Source of the DNA: an uncultured Acidobacteriaceae bacterium
GTDB taxonomy: Bacteria; Acidobacteriota; Terriglobia; Terriglobales; Acidobacteriaceae
DNA: 64,000 nucleotides
Assembly (NCBI GenBank): GCA_963763605.1
Contig: CAVXPJ010000006.1
Span: forward strand, 670-64,669
Reading direction: 5' to 3'
Shown here one piece after another: positions 20,746 to 30,277 of this stretch (positions are counted from its first letter, which is position 1; the number at the start of each line of letters is the position of its first letter). The notes under the pieces are model-generated. The model was given only the letters and a program-made list of their open reading frames with translations, had not been told where the DNA came from and made no database searches. Made by a program: the position numbers and the translations under genes.

Positions 20746-22422
20746 TTAGTGCACGAGCTGAGTGACGCTGGGTTGCTGGCCGAAGCTGGTTCGGAGGAGA
20801 CGGGGGATGATGGGTTTACGGTGGCGGCGTGGAGGCGTGCCTGGGCTGGCAGGGTCGAGACGGTAGAGGATGAGGAGGTTGCGTTCGGGGTCGTCCAACG
20901 CTGGGAAGGCGGCGATGCGCTCGAGATGGTACATGGGGGTGAGGGCGTCCATCTTGTCGTCGTCGACCTGATTCCAGACGATGTACCAGCCGGGATGATA
21001 GGCCTGAACGCGGACGGCGAGATCCATGGTGCCGAAGTCGTCGCAGATGGAGGGCAGGCCGGTCATGAGTGAGAGATTGGACCCGCTGATGGAGAGGATG
21101 AGCGGGTTGTGGGTGGGGTCGGCGGAGATGATCTGGCGGATCTGGGTGGCGGCGCTGGTGAAGGAGTAGTCCGGGGTGCGGACGTAGTGGAGGGTCTGGC
21201 GCGCGTCGGTGACGGTGAGCACGGCGAGGACAGCCGCGATGGAGACGACGGCGAAGCGGTGCAGGTAGAGCTGACTGGTGGTGTGGCTGCGGTAGTTTGA
21301 GCTCCAGAGACTGGAGAAGACGATGGGGACCAGAAGGGTGAGCGGGACGGCGATGACCAGGTAATACCGGGGCTGGAGATTGTTGTGATAGGCGAGGAAG
21401 GCTGCGTAACCAGCGGCCCAGAGAAGCAGGGATGGGATGAGCGGGTTGCGGAGAAGACGCGGGCGGAGGAGGAACACAGACAGAGCAGCGAGGAGAGCGA
21501 GGGGATAGAGGATCTTGCCGATCCAAAGGCCGTCGGCGATGGTGCTCGAGAGGACCAGGAGAGCGGTAGATGGCGTGATGCCGGTGTAGCCGTTGGCGCT
21601 GAAGAGGTAATGGTAGTCCGGAAGAAAGTGCGGGCGAACGATGAAGAGGTAGTAGCTGAGCCACGCGGCTGCAGCCAGAGCTGCGGCGGGAAGGGTGAGG
21701 CGGAGGAAGGGGCGGATGCGGTATTGGGCGCGGGCCCAGAGGAGCCAGGCGATTGCGGGGAAGAGAAAGATGGCGGTGGTTTTGGTGAAGACCATGAGAG
21801 GGAGAAGCAGGCCGAGAGCCAGGATGGGCAGGGCTTCCAGGATGCGGGCTCTTGCGGAGGTGGCGATTCCCTGCTCTGGCGGTGTTGCGTAGGACGCGGC
21901 GAGGAGGGCAACCAGGGTTAAGAGGATGAGAAGAGGCTCGAGGATGGCCATGCGGGTGAAGACGTAACAGAAAGGGCTGACCGCGAGAAGGAGCACGCTG
22001 ATGGCCGGGGCGAGCGAAGTCTCTGTCTTCTGGTTGCCTGGTAGAGATTGCCAGCGGCGGACCAGAAGGTAGGACGCAACGAGAATGAGGCCGAAGATAG
22101 CGACGGTGAGGGCGCGGGCAGCGACGAGATTGACGCCGGTGAAACGGAAGAGGGTGGCTTCGAGCAGAGGCCAGACGGGGAGGGCGGCGGCGGGGTTGAA
22201 ATCTCCGGGAACATGCCAGTGACCGCGCTGGAAGTGGCGAATGGCGCCGTCGCCATACCAGCCCTCATCGGTGTATTTGGCCCAGTCCATCCAGGGGGAG
22301 TGGTTGGGGAAGTCCGCGCTGAGATGGACCGCGTGAAGGGCCAGGAAGAGTGCGGCGGCGAGGAGGAGAACGGCCTCGGCGACCTGGACGACGCGGGATG
22401 GGATGGCGTGCGGGCGGTTCAT
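20746..22422 (-). CDS. ArnT/PMT-like (GT39/GT83, GT-C fold) membrane glycosyltransferase
   Basis: About 12 TM helices. First periplasmic loop has DEGWYGDGA and PGDFNPAAALPVWP. Soluble C-terminal domain. Clear paralog of 22545..24071. Confidence 0.75.
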   Translation of the reverse strand: MNRPHAIPSRVVQVAEAVLLLAAALFLALHAVHLSADFPNHSPWMDWAKYTDEGWYGDGAIRHFQRGHWHVPGDFNPAAALPVWPLLEATLFRFTGVNLVAARALTVAIFGLILVASYLLVRRWQSLPGNQKTETSLAPAISVLLLAVSPFCYVFTRMAILEPLLILLTLVALLAASYATPPEQGIATSARARILEALPILALGLLLPLMVFTKTTAIFLFPAIAWLLWARAQYRIRPFLRLTLPAAALAAAAWLSYYLFIVRPHFLPDYHYLFSANGYTGITPSTALLVLSSTIADGLWIGKILYPLALLAALSVFLLRPRLLRNPLIPSLLLWAAGYAAFLAYHNNLQPRYYLVIAVPLTLLVPIVFSSLWSSNYRSHTTSQLYLHRFAVVSIAAVLAVLTVTDARQTLHYVRTPDYSFTSAATQIRQIISADPTHNPLILSISGSNLSLMTGLPSICDDFGTMDLAVRVQAYHPGWYIVWNQVDDDKMDALTPMYHLERIAAFPALDDPERNLLILYRLDPASPGTPPRRHRKPIIPRLLRTSFGQQPSVTQLVH

Positions 22423-22544
22423 GTGCTGAAAGGGTTAAACGCAGGTTTGTGACACAAGTTCCAGAGTATTACAGAAGTATGACGGTGTTGAAGGGGGCTA
22501 ATGGTCATGTAGTCTCCAGTCACAGGCCTATGAGGTGAATTGAG

Positions 22545-24071
22545 TTGGAGATGAAGTCTTCGGAAGCGGTGAAGCGGGAGTCGGCGACAGAGAGACTCGT
22601 CAGGTGGAAGCACCCCCTGCTTTGGGTGATAGCGCTGTTTGCGGTGCTCCACTTCGTTCATTTGAAGGCCGATTTTCCCTTGCATAGCCAGTTTGCCTGG
22701 GAGGCAGCTCCGATGGCGGATGAGGGGTGGTATTCGTCGTCGGCCGTGAATGAGTGGATGGGAAGAGGCTGGGTGTTGCCGGGAGACTTCAATCCTGGGG
22801 TCGCGCTGCCGGTGTGGCCGGCGATGGCCTGGGTGTCGTTCCACATTGGTGGAATGGGGATAGTAAGCCTGCGTGCGCTCGAGGTGTTGGTCTTTTTTGT
22901 GGTGGTGCTGCAGTCGTACAGGATGGCCTTGGTGTTCGAAGGAGAGGGTGTTGGGCTCTTCGCGGTGTTCTTCCTGATGACCAGCGCTTTTTGCTTTGCG
23001 TTCAGCAGGCTCGGATTTCTTGAACTTCCGATGATGATGTTTTTGATGGCGGCGGTGCTGGCGATTGCGAGGACGGATCGGCAGACGGCGTCTCGCTATG
23101 TGCTGGCTGGTGTACTGACGGCGTTGTCCGTGCTGACCAAGACGCTGGTGGTGTTTCTTTTGCCGGGGTTGTTGTATGTGGCAATCGAACGATCAAACTT
23201 CCAGTTCGTCGCGGCGGCGAAGAGGATCGCCTGCGCTTTGAGTAGCTGTGCGGTGGTGTTGGTTGCCTATTATGTGCTGTACGTCAGGCATCAACAGGTT
23301 GCCTTCAACTATCTATTTACGGCGAACATGAATGGTGAGGGTCCAAGCCATCTGGCCGAGCAGATAATCGCATTGAGCCGGCCGCTGCGCAAGGGTTGGT
23401 CAACGGATGTCTTGTTTTTTTGGGTTGGTGTAGCCAGCATCGGGACAGCTGTGCTGCCGCGACTGCGATATCTTTGGCGGCGGCCACTGTTTGTGATTTC
23501 GCAGCTTTGGATCTTCGGGTACATCGCTATGATGTGGCTGCACAATAACGCCACTCCGCGATACTACGTACCGATGCTGCCTGCGCTTTTTTTTGTGGGG
23601 GCGATGCTGCTCGATGCGTTGGAGGTGCGCTGGCCGACAGTGGCGAAGGCATTTCTCGCTCTGCTTCTAGTCGATGCGGCTGTCAACGTGGCGGAGACAC
23701 TCTACTTTGTCGCTCGGCCCACCTATACCCTGCTCAATGCGGCCGATGGAGTGCGTCAGATAGTGAGCAAGGAACCAGGGATCATCCTCTCCCATAACGC
23801 GTTCGAGTTAAGCCTGTTTACCGGGCTGCCGGGGATTAACCAGGGCTACGGAGAAGAGCCCATTCGGTGGCGTGCCGCGCACTACAGGCCACGATGGTGG
23901 GTAAAACAGGGGTTTTGGGATGACGGCTCCATGATGGCAACCCAGATTGGCGATCAGTATCGATTCGAACAGGTGGCCGAGTTCCCGGCTTTGAACCACA
24001 ATCCGGGACTCATCGTGTATCGGTTGGTGCCTATTGCAGAGTCGAAGGCTGTCGGGACCGATGCTAGATAG
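22545..24071 (+). CDS. ArnT/PMT-like (GT39/GT83, GT-C fold) membrane glycosyltransferase, divergent paralog
   Basis: LHFVHLKADFP...MADEGWYSSSA...PGDFNPGVALPVWP aligns residue for residue with the 20746..22422 product. C-terminal AEFPALNHNPGLIVYRLVP matches AAFPALDDPERNLLILYRLDP. Confidence 0.75.
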   Translation: MEMKSSEAVKRESATERLVRWKHPLLWVIALFAVLHFVHLKADFPLHSQFAWEAAPMADEGWYSSSAVNEWMGRGWVLPGDFNPGVALPVWPAMAWVSFHIGGMGIVSLRALEVLVFFVVVLQSYRMALVFEGEGVGLFAVFFLMTSAFCFAFSRLGFLELPMMMFLMAAVLAIARTDRQTASRYVLAGVLTALSVLTKTLVVFLLPGLLYVAIERSNFQFVAAAKRIACALSSCAVVLVAYYVLYVRHQQVAFNYLFTANMNGEGPSHLAEQIIALSRPLRKGWSTDVLFFWVGVASIGTAVLPRLRYLWRRPLFVISQLWIFGYIAMMWLHNNATPRYYVPMLPALFFVGAMLLDALEVRWPTVAKAFLALLLVDAAVNVAETLYFVARPTYTLLNAADGVRQIVSKEPGIILSHNAFELSLFTGLPGINQGYGEEPIRWRAAHYRPRWWVKQGFWDDGSMMATQIGDQYRFEQVAEFPALNHNPGLIVYRLVPIAESKAVGTDAR

Positions 24072-24079
24072 AAGATGAT

Positions 24080-25171
24080 TTATTCGTAAGAAAGAGCATC
24101 GATGGGGTCCTTGCTGGCGGCCTTGAGTGCGGGATACAAAGCGCCGAGAATCGCTCCGAGGAAGGCGATGACAATGGCCTTCCAGATGTAGGGGACATTG
24201 ATGACGAAGTCGAGAGTGGGAAAGCGGGCCTGGAGAACGGCGCTGAGGATAAAGCTGGCAGCGATGCCAAGAGCGATGCCCACAGTGGCGAGCACGCTGG
24301 TCTCGCGGAGGACGATGCCGACGATGTAAGAGCGGGAGGCTCCCATGGATTTGAGGATGCCGATCTCGCGGGTGCGCTCCATGACGGCGGTGTACATGGA
24401 CTGGAAGATAACCAGGAAGCCGATGACGACGGCGATGCCGATGACAACCTCGAGGCCGATGTTGAAGCCGGGAAGACGATCGGGCGAGACGGAGGAGAGG
24501 AACTCGTCTTCGGTGGCGACGTTATAGGTGCTCATGCCAGGGGTTGCGAGGACTGCCTTGCGGACTTCGTCCTGATACTTCGGTGGATCTTCGGTGCGGA
24601 GATAAAACGCAGTTGCCTTGCCCTCGGTGCCGGTGAGGGAACCCATTGTGTCGATAGGCACGAACTTGCGTCCACCCTTGCCGTGCGCGACGATTCCGCT
24701 GATACGGAAGTCGTGGTTGAGAATGCTGATGGTATCGCCGACCTTTTTGCCGGCGGCGGCGTAGTCGTCGAGGATAACGTCGTTAGGGCCCTGGAAAGAA
24801 GTGCCGGAGAGAAAGGTGAAGGGCAGAAGATCATTGAAAGTCTTGAAATCGATCCCATAGATGGTTTCAAGCGAGCCGGTGATCTGAACGTTGACGGGCG
24901 CGGAGACGGCGACGTGTGGAATCTTCGCGAGCACGTCGGCGACTTTGATGGAGGCTCCGGCGGGGCTCATGCCGATGAGATTGCTGGCGGTGTTGGGGCG
25001 CACGAACATGTCCATGCCAATGCCGGTCTGACGGGTCTTGAAGCCGTTGAGTTTGCCCATGAGGATGGCGGCGATGGAGAGGATCATGATGACCTCGATG
25101 GCGATAGCGAGGCAACTGATGAGCGAACGCAGAGGACGATGGACGAGATTGCCGACAACCAGCTTATTCAT
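24080..25171 (-). CDS. ABC transporter permease, FtsX/MacB-like (no adjacent ATPase)
   Basis: N-terminal TM (LRSLISCLAIAIEVIMILS), large periplasmic MacB_PCD-like domain, C-terminal FtsX 3-TM bundle (TREIGILKSMGASRSYIVGIVLRE...). Confidence 0.85.
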   Translation of the reverse strand: MNKLVVGNLVHRPLRSLISCLAIAIEVIMILSIAAILMGKLNGFKTRQTGIGMDMFVRPNTASNLIGMSPAGASIKVADVLAKIPHVAVSAPVNVQITGSLETIYGIDFKTFNDLLPFTFLSGTSFQGPNDVILDDYAAAGKKVGDTISILNHDFRISGIVAHGKGGRKFVPIDTMGSLTGTEGKATAFYLRTEDPPKYQDEVRKAVLATPGMSTYNVATEDEFLSSVSPDRLPGFNIGLEVVIGIAVVIGFLVIFQSMYTAVMERTREIGILKSMGASRSYIVGIVLRETSVLATVGIALGIAASFILSAVLQARFPTLDFVINVPYIWKAIVIAFLGAILGALYPALKAASKDPIDALSYE

Positions 25172-25232
25172 ACAGACACCAGTGTATGGGAATCAGCAGA
25201 AAGCCGGATCGCAGGCGGGATGATCTGAGAGA

Positions 25233-26750
25233 TTACGATGTAAGTTTTTCAGAAGAGGCAGGCCGCGGCAGGCGGGTGGGGGCGCTTCGAATCGAGGCCC
25301 CACGACGAAGCAAAATGCCCTCTGGACCAATAAAGAAGGTGCCGACAACGGGCATGACATAGGCGCCCACGACCGCAGCGAAGACGATGCCAACCGCGGT
25401 ATAGGCATAGGAGTAGATGATGGCATCGATGCCACCTTCAGGCGCGATATGAGCAAAGGTGACGGCGACCAGAAGACCCCATGGCGTCTTTCGTGTGTCG
25501 CCGCAGAGCGAGTCGAAGAGAGTGAAGAGAATAATCAACAAGCCAGGCAGGAGCAGGAAAGTGCCAGCCCACCCCAAGGTGGCGTAGGACACGGAGGCCG
25601 GAGAGAAAGAGATGCCAGTGGAGGTATCATCAGCCGCGAGAAGGTCAATCTCGTGGGCAAACACATTTCCGTTATTGAAGACAGGCTTATCCGCCCAGAT
25701 GAAGTGTGGGATGAGGTTTTCAAAGTCCAGAATAATGGAATTGATGCCATCAAACCCGTTTTGATGTTTATAGTTGATGATCGCATCGTCCATCGAGACC
25801 ATCTGTAACCGGTCGGCGAAGCCCTGGGGAGTGTCGTAGTAATTGTGAATAAGATCCTGCTGCGCGTCGTCGGAGCTGACAAGGTATTCTTGACGGACAT
25901 CGCCCAAATTTGAGAGCAGCGAGATGACGACGTCGAGGTTGGCTGCCGAAGTTTCTTCCCGGTAGGCTCGTCCGTACTGCGCGTAGGGAACCAGATAATG
26001 GGCGATGAAAAATGCAGTCAGGAGTCCGGCGCAAATCTGGATTCGCGAGATTTTATATCGCTGGGAGGCTGCGGCCATAAGCCAACAGAGGAACGGAGTA
26101 AGGATGCCTTGCTTGGAAAAACCGAATATACCGTTGGCAAAGATGAAGAGGCCCCCCAGAAAAACGGGAAGATTGATGCTCCTTGTCCCTCCGGAACGAC
26201 GGATCGTATGGATGGTTCCCAGGATTATAGCCATTTGGACGAACTGGTTGATCTGACTGAGTGCGCTGAGGACTGACCCGTTTCCCCGATCGAAGATTGA
26301 AGATGCGACATAGATCGCGATTCCGGCGACTAAGCAGCCGACTGTTGCGTGCTGCATGTTCGCATCAGTTACCAGATTGCCCAGAATCGCACGCTTCGTT
26401 GTAATGCGGCGACTAATGATGGTCGCCACAAACATCATGCAGATAGAGGCAAAATAGATGGCTATCGTGAGATCCGGCGCTTCGAGATTGGACTCTGCAG
26501 GTTCCCGGATGATCGCCTTCCAGCAGAGGCCGAAGATGACAGCGAGAAGAGAAAAAAAGAAGATGTACGATCCTGAGGGTCTGGTGAAACCTCCAGCGAA
26601 GTTGAAGGCTAAGGCGGAGATGACGATGAACCCCATGCAGCCGAGTGAAAACACACCATTGGAGCCCTCCAGCAACTGGATTACGCAGAGAATGCCTGCG
26701 AAATAGAGGACCGAGGCAAGTGGAATGCGTTCGGGAAAGGGGAGCTTCAC
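25233..26750 (-). CDS. Polytopic membrane protein, possible glycan polymerase (Wzy-like)
   Basis: At least 10 hydrophobic segments with one large loop (residues about 270-380). AT-richer codon usage than its neighbours. No motif securely recognised. Confidence 0.5.
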   Translation of the reverse strand: MKLPFPERIPLASVLYFAGILCVIQLLEGSNGVFSLGCMGFIVISALAFNFAGGFTRPSGSYIFFFSLLAVIFGLCWKAIIREPAESNLEAPDLTIAIYFASICMMFVATIISRRITTKRAILGNLVTDANMQHATVGCLVAGIAIYVASSIFDRGNGSVLSALSQINQFVQMAIILGTIHTIRRSGGTRSINLPVFLGGLFIFANGIFGFSKQGILTPFLCWLMAAASQRYKISRIQICAGLLTAFFIAHYLVPYAQYGRAYREETSAANLDVVISLLSNLGDVRQEYLVSSDDAQQDLIHNYYDTPQGFADRLQMVSMDDAIINYKHQNGFDGINSIILDFENLIPHFIWADKPVFNNGNVFAHEIDLLAADDTSTGISFSPASVSYATLGWAGTFLLLPGLLIILFTLFDSLCGDTRKTPWGLLVAVTFAHIAPEGGIDAIIYSYAYTAVGIVFAAVVGAYVMPVVGTFFIGPEGILLRRGASIRSAPTRLPRPASSEKLTS

Positions 26751-27050
26751 TTGTTCTGTTCCTACCTAGTGGACTGAAATGCCCTTCGACTGTCGTAGTA
26801 GAGGTATCGACACATTGAAAGAACCCCCCGTTGAGGTAATGGAGTCCAAGTTATCGTGGCCCAATGATAACAGTGGGGTGATGATGGAAGTTCCAATTCG
26901 GGAAGGCTTCAAGCCTGCGGATTGAGTGGAGCCGGACGCGTAACCTGTTTGGTTCCAAGGGCTTTGACTTGGAAAAAATCCTGGTCTATGCTTCGAGCAA
27001 TCAGGCAGGCAAACTGCATTTTTTCTGTAGTCGAGTGCCGGACGGAGCGA

Positions 27051-27470
27051 ATGGAACGATTCTGTGACGAGTTGCGATGGGAGCGAGAACGACGCAAGGT
27101 CTCGATTGAGAAGATCTGCGAGGAGACGAAGGTCTCGCCGCGCCATTTGCATGCGTTGGAGGCTGGGGAGTACGAAGAGTTGCCTGGCGGGGTGTTTCGC
27201 AAGGGGATTGTTCGCAGCTATCTGACGGCGTTGGGGCTTGAGGAAGCACCGTGGATCGCACGATTTGAAGCAAGCCTGCGGGAGAGCGGCGCAGTGAGTC
27301 CTGAAGGCACCGACTGGGCTGAGTTTGCCGAGAACGTGCGAAGAAACAGAGTCGGAGTTGAATCGAAGACACGGTTGCGGTGGATGGGTGTTGCGATGAT
27401 GCTGGCGTCGCTGATAGTGCTGGGGTGGAGCGTGTGGAAGTTTGCCTTGCATGGGCGGCTGATTCCATAA
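27051..27470 (+). CDS. RodZ-like HTH (HTH_25) membrane-anchored protein
   Basis: ATG 27051 after ggag. ERERRKVSIEKICEETKVSPRHLHALEAGEYEELPGGVFRKGIVRSYL HTH. C-terminal TM WMGVAMMLASLIVLGWSVW. Confidence 0.7.
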   Translation: MERFCDELRWERERRKVSIEKICEETKVSPRHLHALEAGEYEELPGGVFRKGIVRSYLTALGLEEAPWIARFEASLRESGAVSPEGTDWAEFAENVRRNRVGVESKTRLRWMGVAMMLASLIVLGWSVWKFALHGRLIP

Positions 27471-27505
27471 CATTCGACCCTCGACTGAGAAAAACAGCTC
27501 ATCTG

Positions 27506-28649
27506 CTAGATTCGGCGGGATTGGATCACTTCAAATTTTTCCTTCCACCGCAGGAATGGCTTTTCGATGAAGCGGTACGACAAAGCGGCACAGACGAAGG
27601 TAAGCGCAGCCGTCAACGGAAAACTGAGCGGCCAATGCTCCTTGTGAAGAACATCTGTTTCAAGCCACCGCGCAAACGCCAGACAGATAAGGTGATAGAC
27701 ATACAAGCCGTATGAGATCTTTCCAAGATAGACGAGAAAGCCAGTGCGCGACGGCAAGCCGCCCCCAAGAAAACCGAAGAAGATCGCGAGACATGCGATA
27801 TCGTCCAATGCGTACGCCAGCAAAAGATCCTTCGCGGGAACAGCGTTTAGATCGTGGATCTTCAACTTCATGATGACGATCGTAAAAATCGCCATTCCAA
27901 CTACAACCAGAAGACCGCGGATGGGATAACTCAGCGTAAGAACTTTGCCATGCATCCAGAGAGCGGCGATTGCTCCGAGTGCAAAGAAGTTACAGAGGAC
28001 AAAACTATTCGTAAAGATGGATGGGTTGGCGAGATCTCCTCGAATGCATAGAAACGCCACGCTCAAAAAGCTGATGACCATCAATGCGCTGAATCCGACA
28101 CGAAGCATGGCGCGATTCGCAAGGCGTAGGAAAACCGGCCAGACCAAATAAAATTGCTCCTCTACCGAGATGCTCCAAAGATGGCTCGTGAAACTAGTAC
28201 CCCACCCGTGGATGCCAAAATACCAGTTCCCCGACAGCAATAACATCGACAGCAGCTGGCCGGCTGACATGCTGTAGTTTGGCGTTAAAGGCTGTATTAG
28301 AAAACAACATGCGAGGAAGAGAACATACAGCGGCCATATGCGAAGGGTGCGGCGAGCATAGTAGGCTTTGACGTGGATTGTGCCAGTCTTTTCCTTCTCT
28401 CTCATCAGCAGCTCAGTGATGAGATACGAGCTGAGCATAAAAAAGACAAATACGCCCATGGCACCTGCTTCAATCACTGCTGAAACGAGCGCGACGGGGA
28501 TTCCCATACGGGCCACGGGTCGCAGAGCCTCCTCCAGGCCATGCGTGAGAAAAAAAGACCATCAGGAAGGCGAAGAAGCGGAGGGCATCCAGTTCCGGAC
28601 GGTAAAAGCGAGAGGTTGTGGTTGTGGGTTTAACTTCAGGCTTTGACAC
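27506..28649 (-). pseudogene. Acyltransferase family 3, frame disrupted in a 7-nt homopolymer
   Basis: GTG 28649 gives VSKPEVKPTTTTSRFYRPELDALRFFAFLMVFFSH (the family N-terminal motif). The frame changes at the A7/T7 run 28550-28556 into the 336-aa ORF 27506..28516 (GVFVFFMLSSYLITELL...RRTLRIWPLY). Confidence 0.75.
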
Positions 28650-28720
28650 CTGATCTACAAAATAGTCTGAGATGATCTCTGTAGTTGCTATCTCTATCCT
28701 CGGAAAGTGCTCGGCTGAGG

Positions 28721-30022
28721 CTACGGTGATTGTCTTAAATTAAGGGTACGCATAAAGCACGCCAGGTAAAAGATGGCGCCAAACAACAACACTACTGGAA
28801 TTGGTCTTGTAAGAATTATAGTTTTGAACGGCCCGAGTGTGGCCTCCTGATTTCTAAAATGTTCCGCCATGATTCGTGGGTAGGCATGGTTGGTGGAGGC
28901 TATTGTCGCCAGTGCAGTGATGACCGCGAACACCCCCGCAATGCCGCCTTCGGAGGCTAACAGCCCCATTGCTGGAAAGGTCAGCAACAATAATCGCGTG
29001 TCGTACTGGCGGTGGTAGATCGGCAGAAGACATAGATAAGCGATCGCAGCTATCCCGAGCAGGTCCTTCCTGCGCGATTCGGGGGCTCGCACTGCGGCAT
29101 TGATCCAGAACAAAATCAGGGTGCCGATTACGCAAAAAGTGACAAGGTTGTCGTAGGCACGATCGTCTCGGAGGATACTGACCACCGCCTGAAGGTTCGC
29201 GATGGCTGACGCTTCAGAGTTTGCCGGGCCTGGGTCGCTGGCGTTTCCATGAGCCGCGATCCCAACTAAGTTCGCCTGCAGATCGGCAGGCCAATGAGCG
29301 GACTGCGGCATCAGGGAGGCCCATAGAACTCCAGGGAGGCAGAAGAAAATGGTCGCGGCCATAATCTGCAGTGCCCGCCGCCTGGCGTAGCCACCTGACA
29401 TAAAAAAATATAACCAGATGAGTCCCCCGAGATGGGGCTTCAACGTAAGACTGAGCGCGAAGCAGATGATGCAAACCGCCGGCAATCTTTTTTGCAGTAT
29501 GCACCAGACGCCGATGACGCATAAGCCTATGGCTGGGCCTGCGGGCTGCGCCAGCATCATCAAAATCGTACTGCTTGCTACGAAAATACTTAGCAGCACA
29601 ACGCTGAATTTCGAATCGGATTCGAGACACAGGTTCGCCATGAGACAAGCGGCGGTAATAAATAATGCGGCGCTGATCGAAAGCCAGAGGTTGAGAGCGA
29701 TGTTCCAGGGGAGCAGGGCAAATGGTATCGCCCAGAAGAGAGCTGAGGGCAGGTAGTTCGCGTTGAAGGGACGAAAGGCGCGATCATCGAGCGGACTTCC
29801 GCCGCCGTCGATGTAGGCTTTGCGAATCTCGCCGGAGTTGTAAGGGTTGCAGTGAGCTAGAAGGCAGCGGGCACCGCTGTACACGGGCTTGAAATCAAAC
29901 CCTTGCAGCGCCTGCCGTTCGTCGTGAAAACCTTTGACGACAAAAAAGATGCAGCTGAGCGCCAGCAAAATCAGGACTGGGAGTTGGGTGTTTTCGCGGC
30001 CCTTCAAGCTGGAAACAGGCAT
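28721..30022 (-). CDS. DUF2029/GT87-like polytopic membrane glycosyltransferase
   Basis: FDFKPVYSGARCLLAHCNPYN first-loop motif and about 10 TM helices, typical of the GT87 (mannosyltransferase-like, GT-C) family. Confidence 0.65.
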   Translation of the reverse strand: MPVSSLKGRENTQLPVLILLALSCIFFVVKGFHDERQALQGFDFKPVYSGARCLLAHCNPYNSGEIRKAYIDGGGSPLDDRAFRPFNANYLPSALFWAIPFALLPWNIALNLWLSISAALFITAACLMANLCLESDSKFSVVLLSIFVASSTILMMLAQPAGPAIGLCVIGVWCILQKRLPAVCIICFALSLTLKPHLGGLIWLYFFMSGGYARRRALQIMAATIFFCLPGVLWASLMPQSAHWPADLQANLVGIAAHGNASDPGPANSEASAIANLQAVVSILRDDRAYDNLVTFCVIGTLILFWINAAVRAPESRRKDLLGIAAIAYLCLLPIYHRQYDTRLLLLTFPAMGLLASEGGIAGVFAVITALATIASTNHAYPRIMAEHFRNQEATLGPFKTIILTRPIPVVLLFGAIFYLACFMRTLNLRQSP

Positions 30023-30277
30023 GCTGTGTCTGCCACCCCTTCATTTCAGAGTCCAAAGATAACATTGAGCTGAGAAAATGCTGAGAAGAACTATTGTTGC
30101 CCGACGATGTTGCTTCTGTACTGGCCTCTCCGTTGAATGCGGGATATCGCCGTTGAACACCCAAGTTGCGCCGATAGGTGGGCCGCTTTGCTCCGAGCCG
30201 TAAGGGATGGGTAGAATAAGGAGGTTCGATACTGTTCGGACTAAGTGTACGGACAGGCAATTTCTGGAGGAGTTCTT

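Noticed and set aside
30023-30277. Possible SAM riboswitch in the roughly 250-nt metK leader.
   Set aside because: By eye I could not find the SAM-I core (GAGGGA...GGCCC...GCAACC) or SAM-II/IV/V signatures on the plus strand. This needs a covariance-model scan to be excluded properly.
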